A stretch of 63,434 bases of DNA, counting the filler, from Octopus bimaculoides (taxonomy: Eukaryota): NCBI RefSeq assembly GCF_001194135.2. It is 5 parts of 5 records of this genome, joined end to end, with 100 filler letters (N's around TTAATTAATTAA, not from the genome) between each part and the next. Parts side by side here need not be neighbours in the genome. Positions count along the whole stretch, not along the records: positions 61,717 to 63,434 come from NW_026311136.1; 4 more parts are not named here. The stretch is one strand, 5' to 3'. Under the pieces are notes generated by a model. It ran no database searches and was not told where the DNA came from. It was given only the letters and a program-made list of their open reading frames with translations. Shown here piece by piece: positions 63,208-63,434 of the stretch. A program made the position numbers and the translations under genes. The number at the start of each line of letters is the position of its first letter. Position 1 is the first letter of the stretch.

Positions 63208-63310
63208 GTAGGATGCGGTGAATAAACTGTCGTCTACATGATGCCAAAATGAAAATAACACTGACATTTCATTTTAATAGATATATTTACGAAAATTACA
63301 TAAAAGACTT
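63208..63310 (-). mobile_element. Right end of the same maT/DD37D-like family as 31043-31895
   Basis: TAGGATGCGGTGAATAAACTGTC...TAACACTGACATTTCATTTTAATAGATATATTTAC matches the reverse complement of 31810-31893. Confidence 0.75.
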
Positions 63311-63400
63311 TCTCACCTTCCCGAGCGTTAAACTATTACACCTGTTGGTTGTTTACACACCTGTCTCCGTCTTTTGTTTCTTGTAAATTCCAACTATATA

Positions 63401-63434
<34 letters not shown>

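Noticed and set aside
1-63434. CRISPR array, rRNA or prokaryotic operon
   Set aside because: No regularly spaced repeat-spacer units, rRNA motifs or gene-dense region; the sequence is eukaryotic.

Overview
AT-rich, repeat-dense animal genomic DNA. The SINE, LINE and MITE families and the TTAGGG-type repeat point to a mollusc, most likely an octopus or other coleoid cephalopod (inference, no database search). The window is not one contiguous piece: four identical 100-bp spacers (N44-TTAATTAATTAA-N44) join five scaffolds (1-23533, 23634-41840, 41941-57938, 58039-61616, 61717-63434). Most sequence is microsatellite, N gaps and transposon debris: an R4/Dong-like RT-RLE LINE with an (AAT)n tail, a Penelope RT/GIY-YIG element, RTE-type LINE fragments including two C2H2-finger 3' ends in ATGT repeats, maT/DD37D-like and Tc1 fragments, piggyBac-, hAT- and mariner-type MITEs, Helitron-like termini, at least three tRNA-derived SINE families, a 404-bp foldback palindrome and a degenerate (CCCTAA)n array. 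Hidden among these are an unrecognised multi-exon protein-coding gene on the minus strand (phase-compatible exons at 52261-52552, 50327-50414, 49086-49112, 48014-48219, possibly 43795-43865 and 28721-28852) and three Penelope-type hammerhead ribozyme-like motifs. One of these is nearly intact with a long stem II insert, and one lies downstream of a tRNA-like head in a Penelope 3' end. Most long ORFs in the supplied track are microsatellite or gap artefacts.
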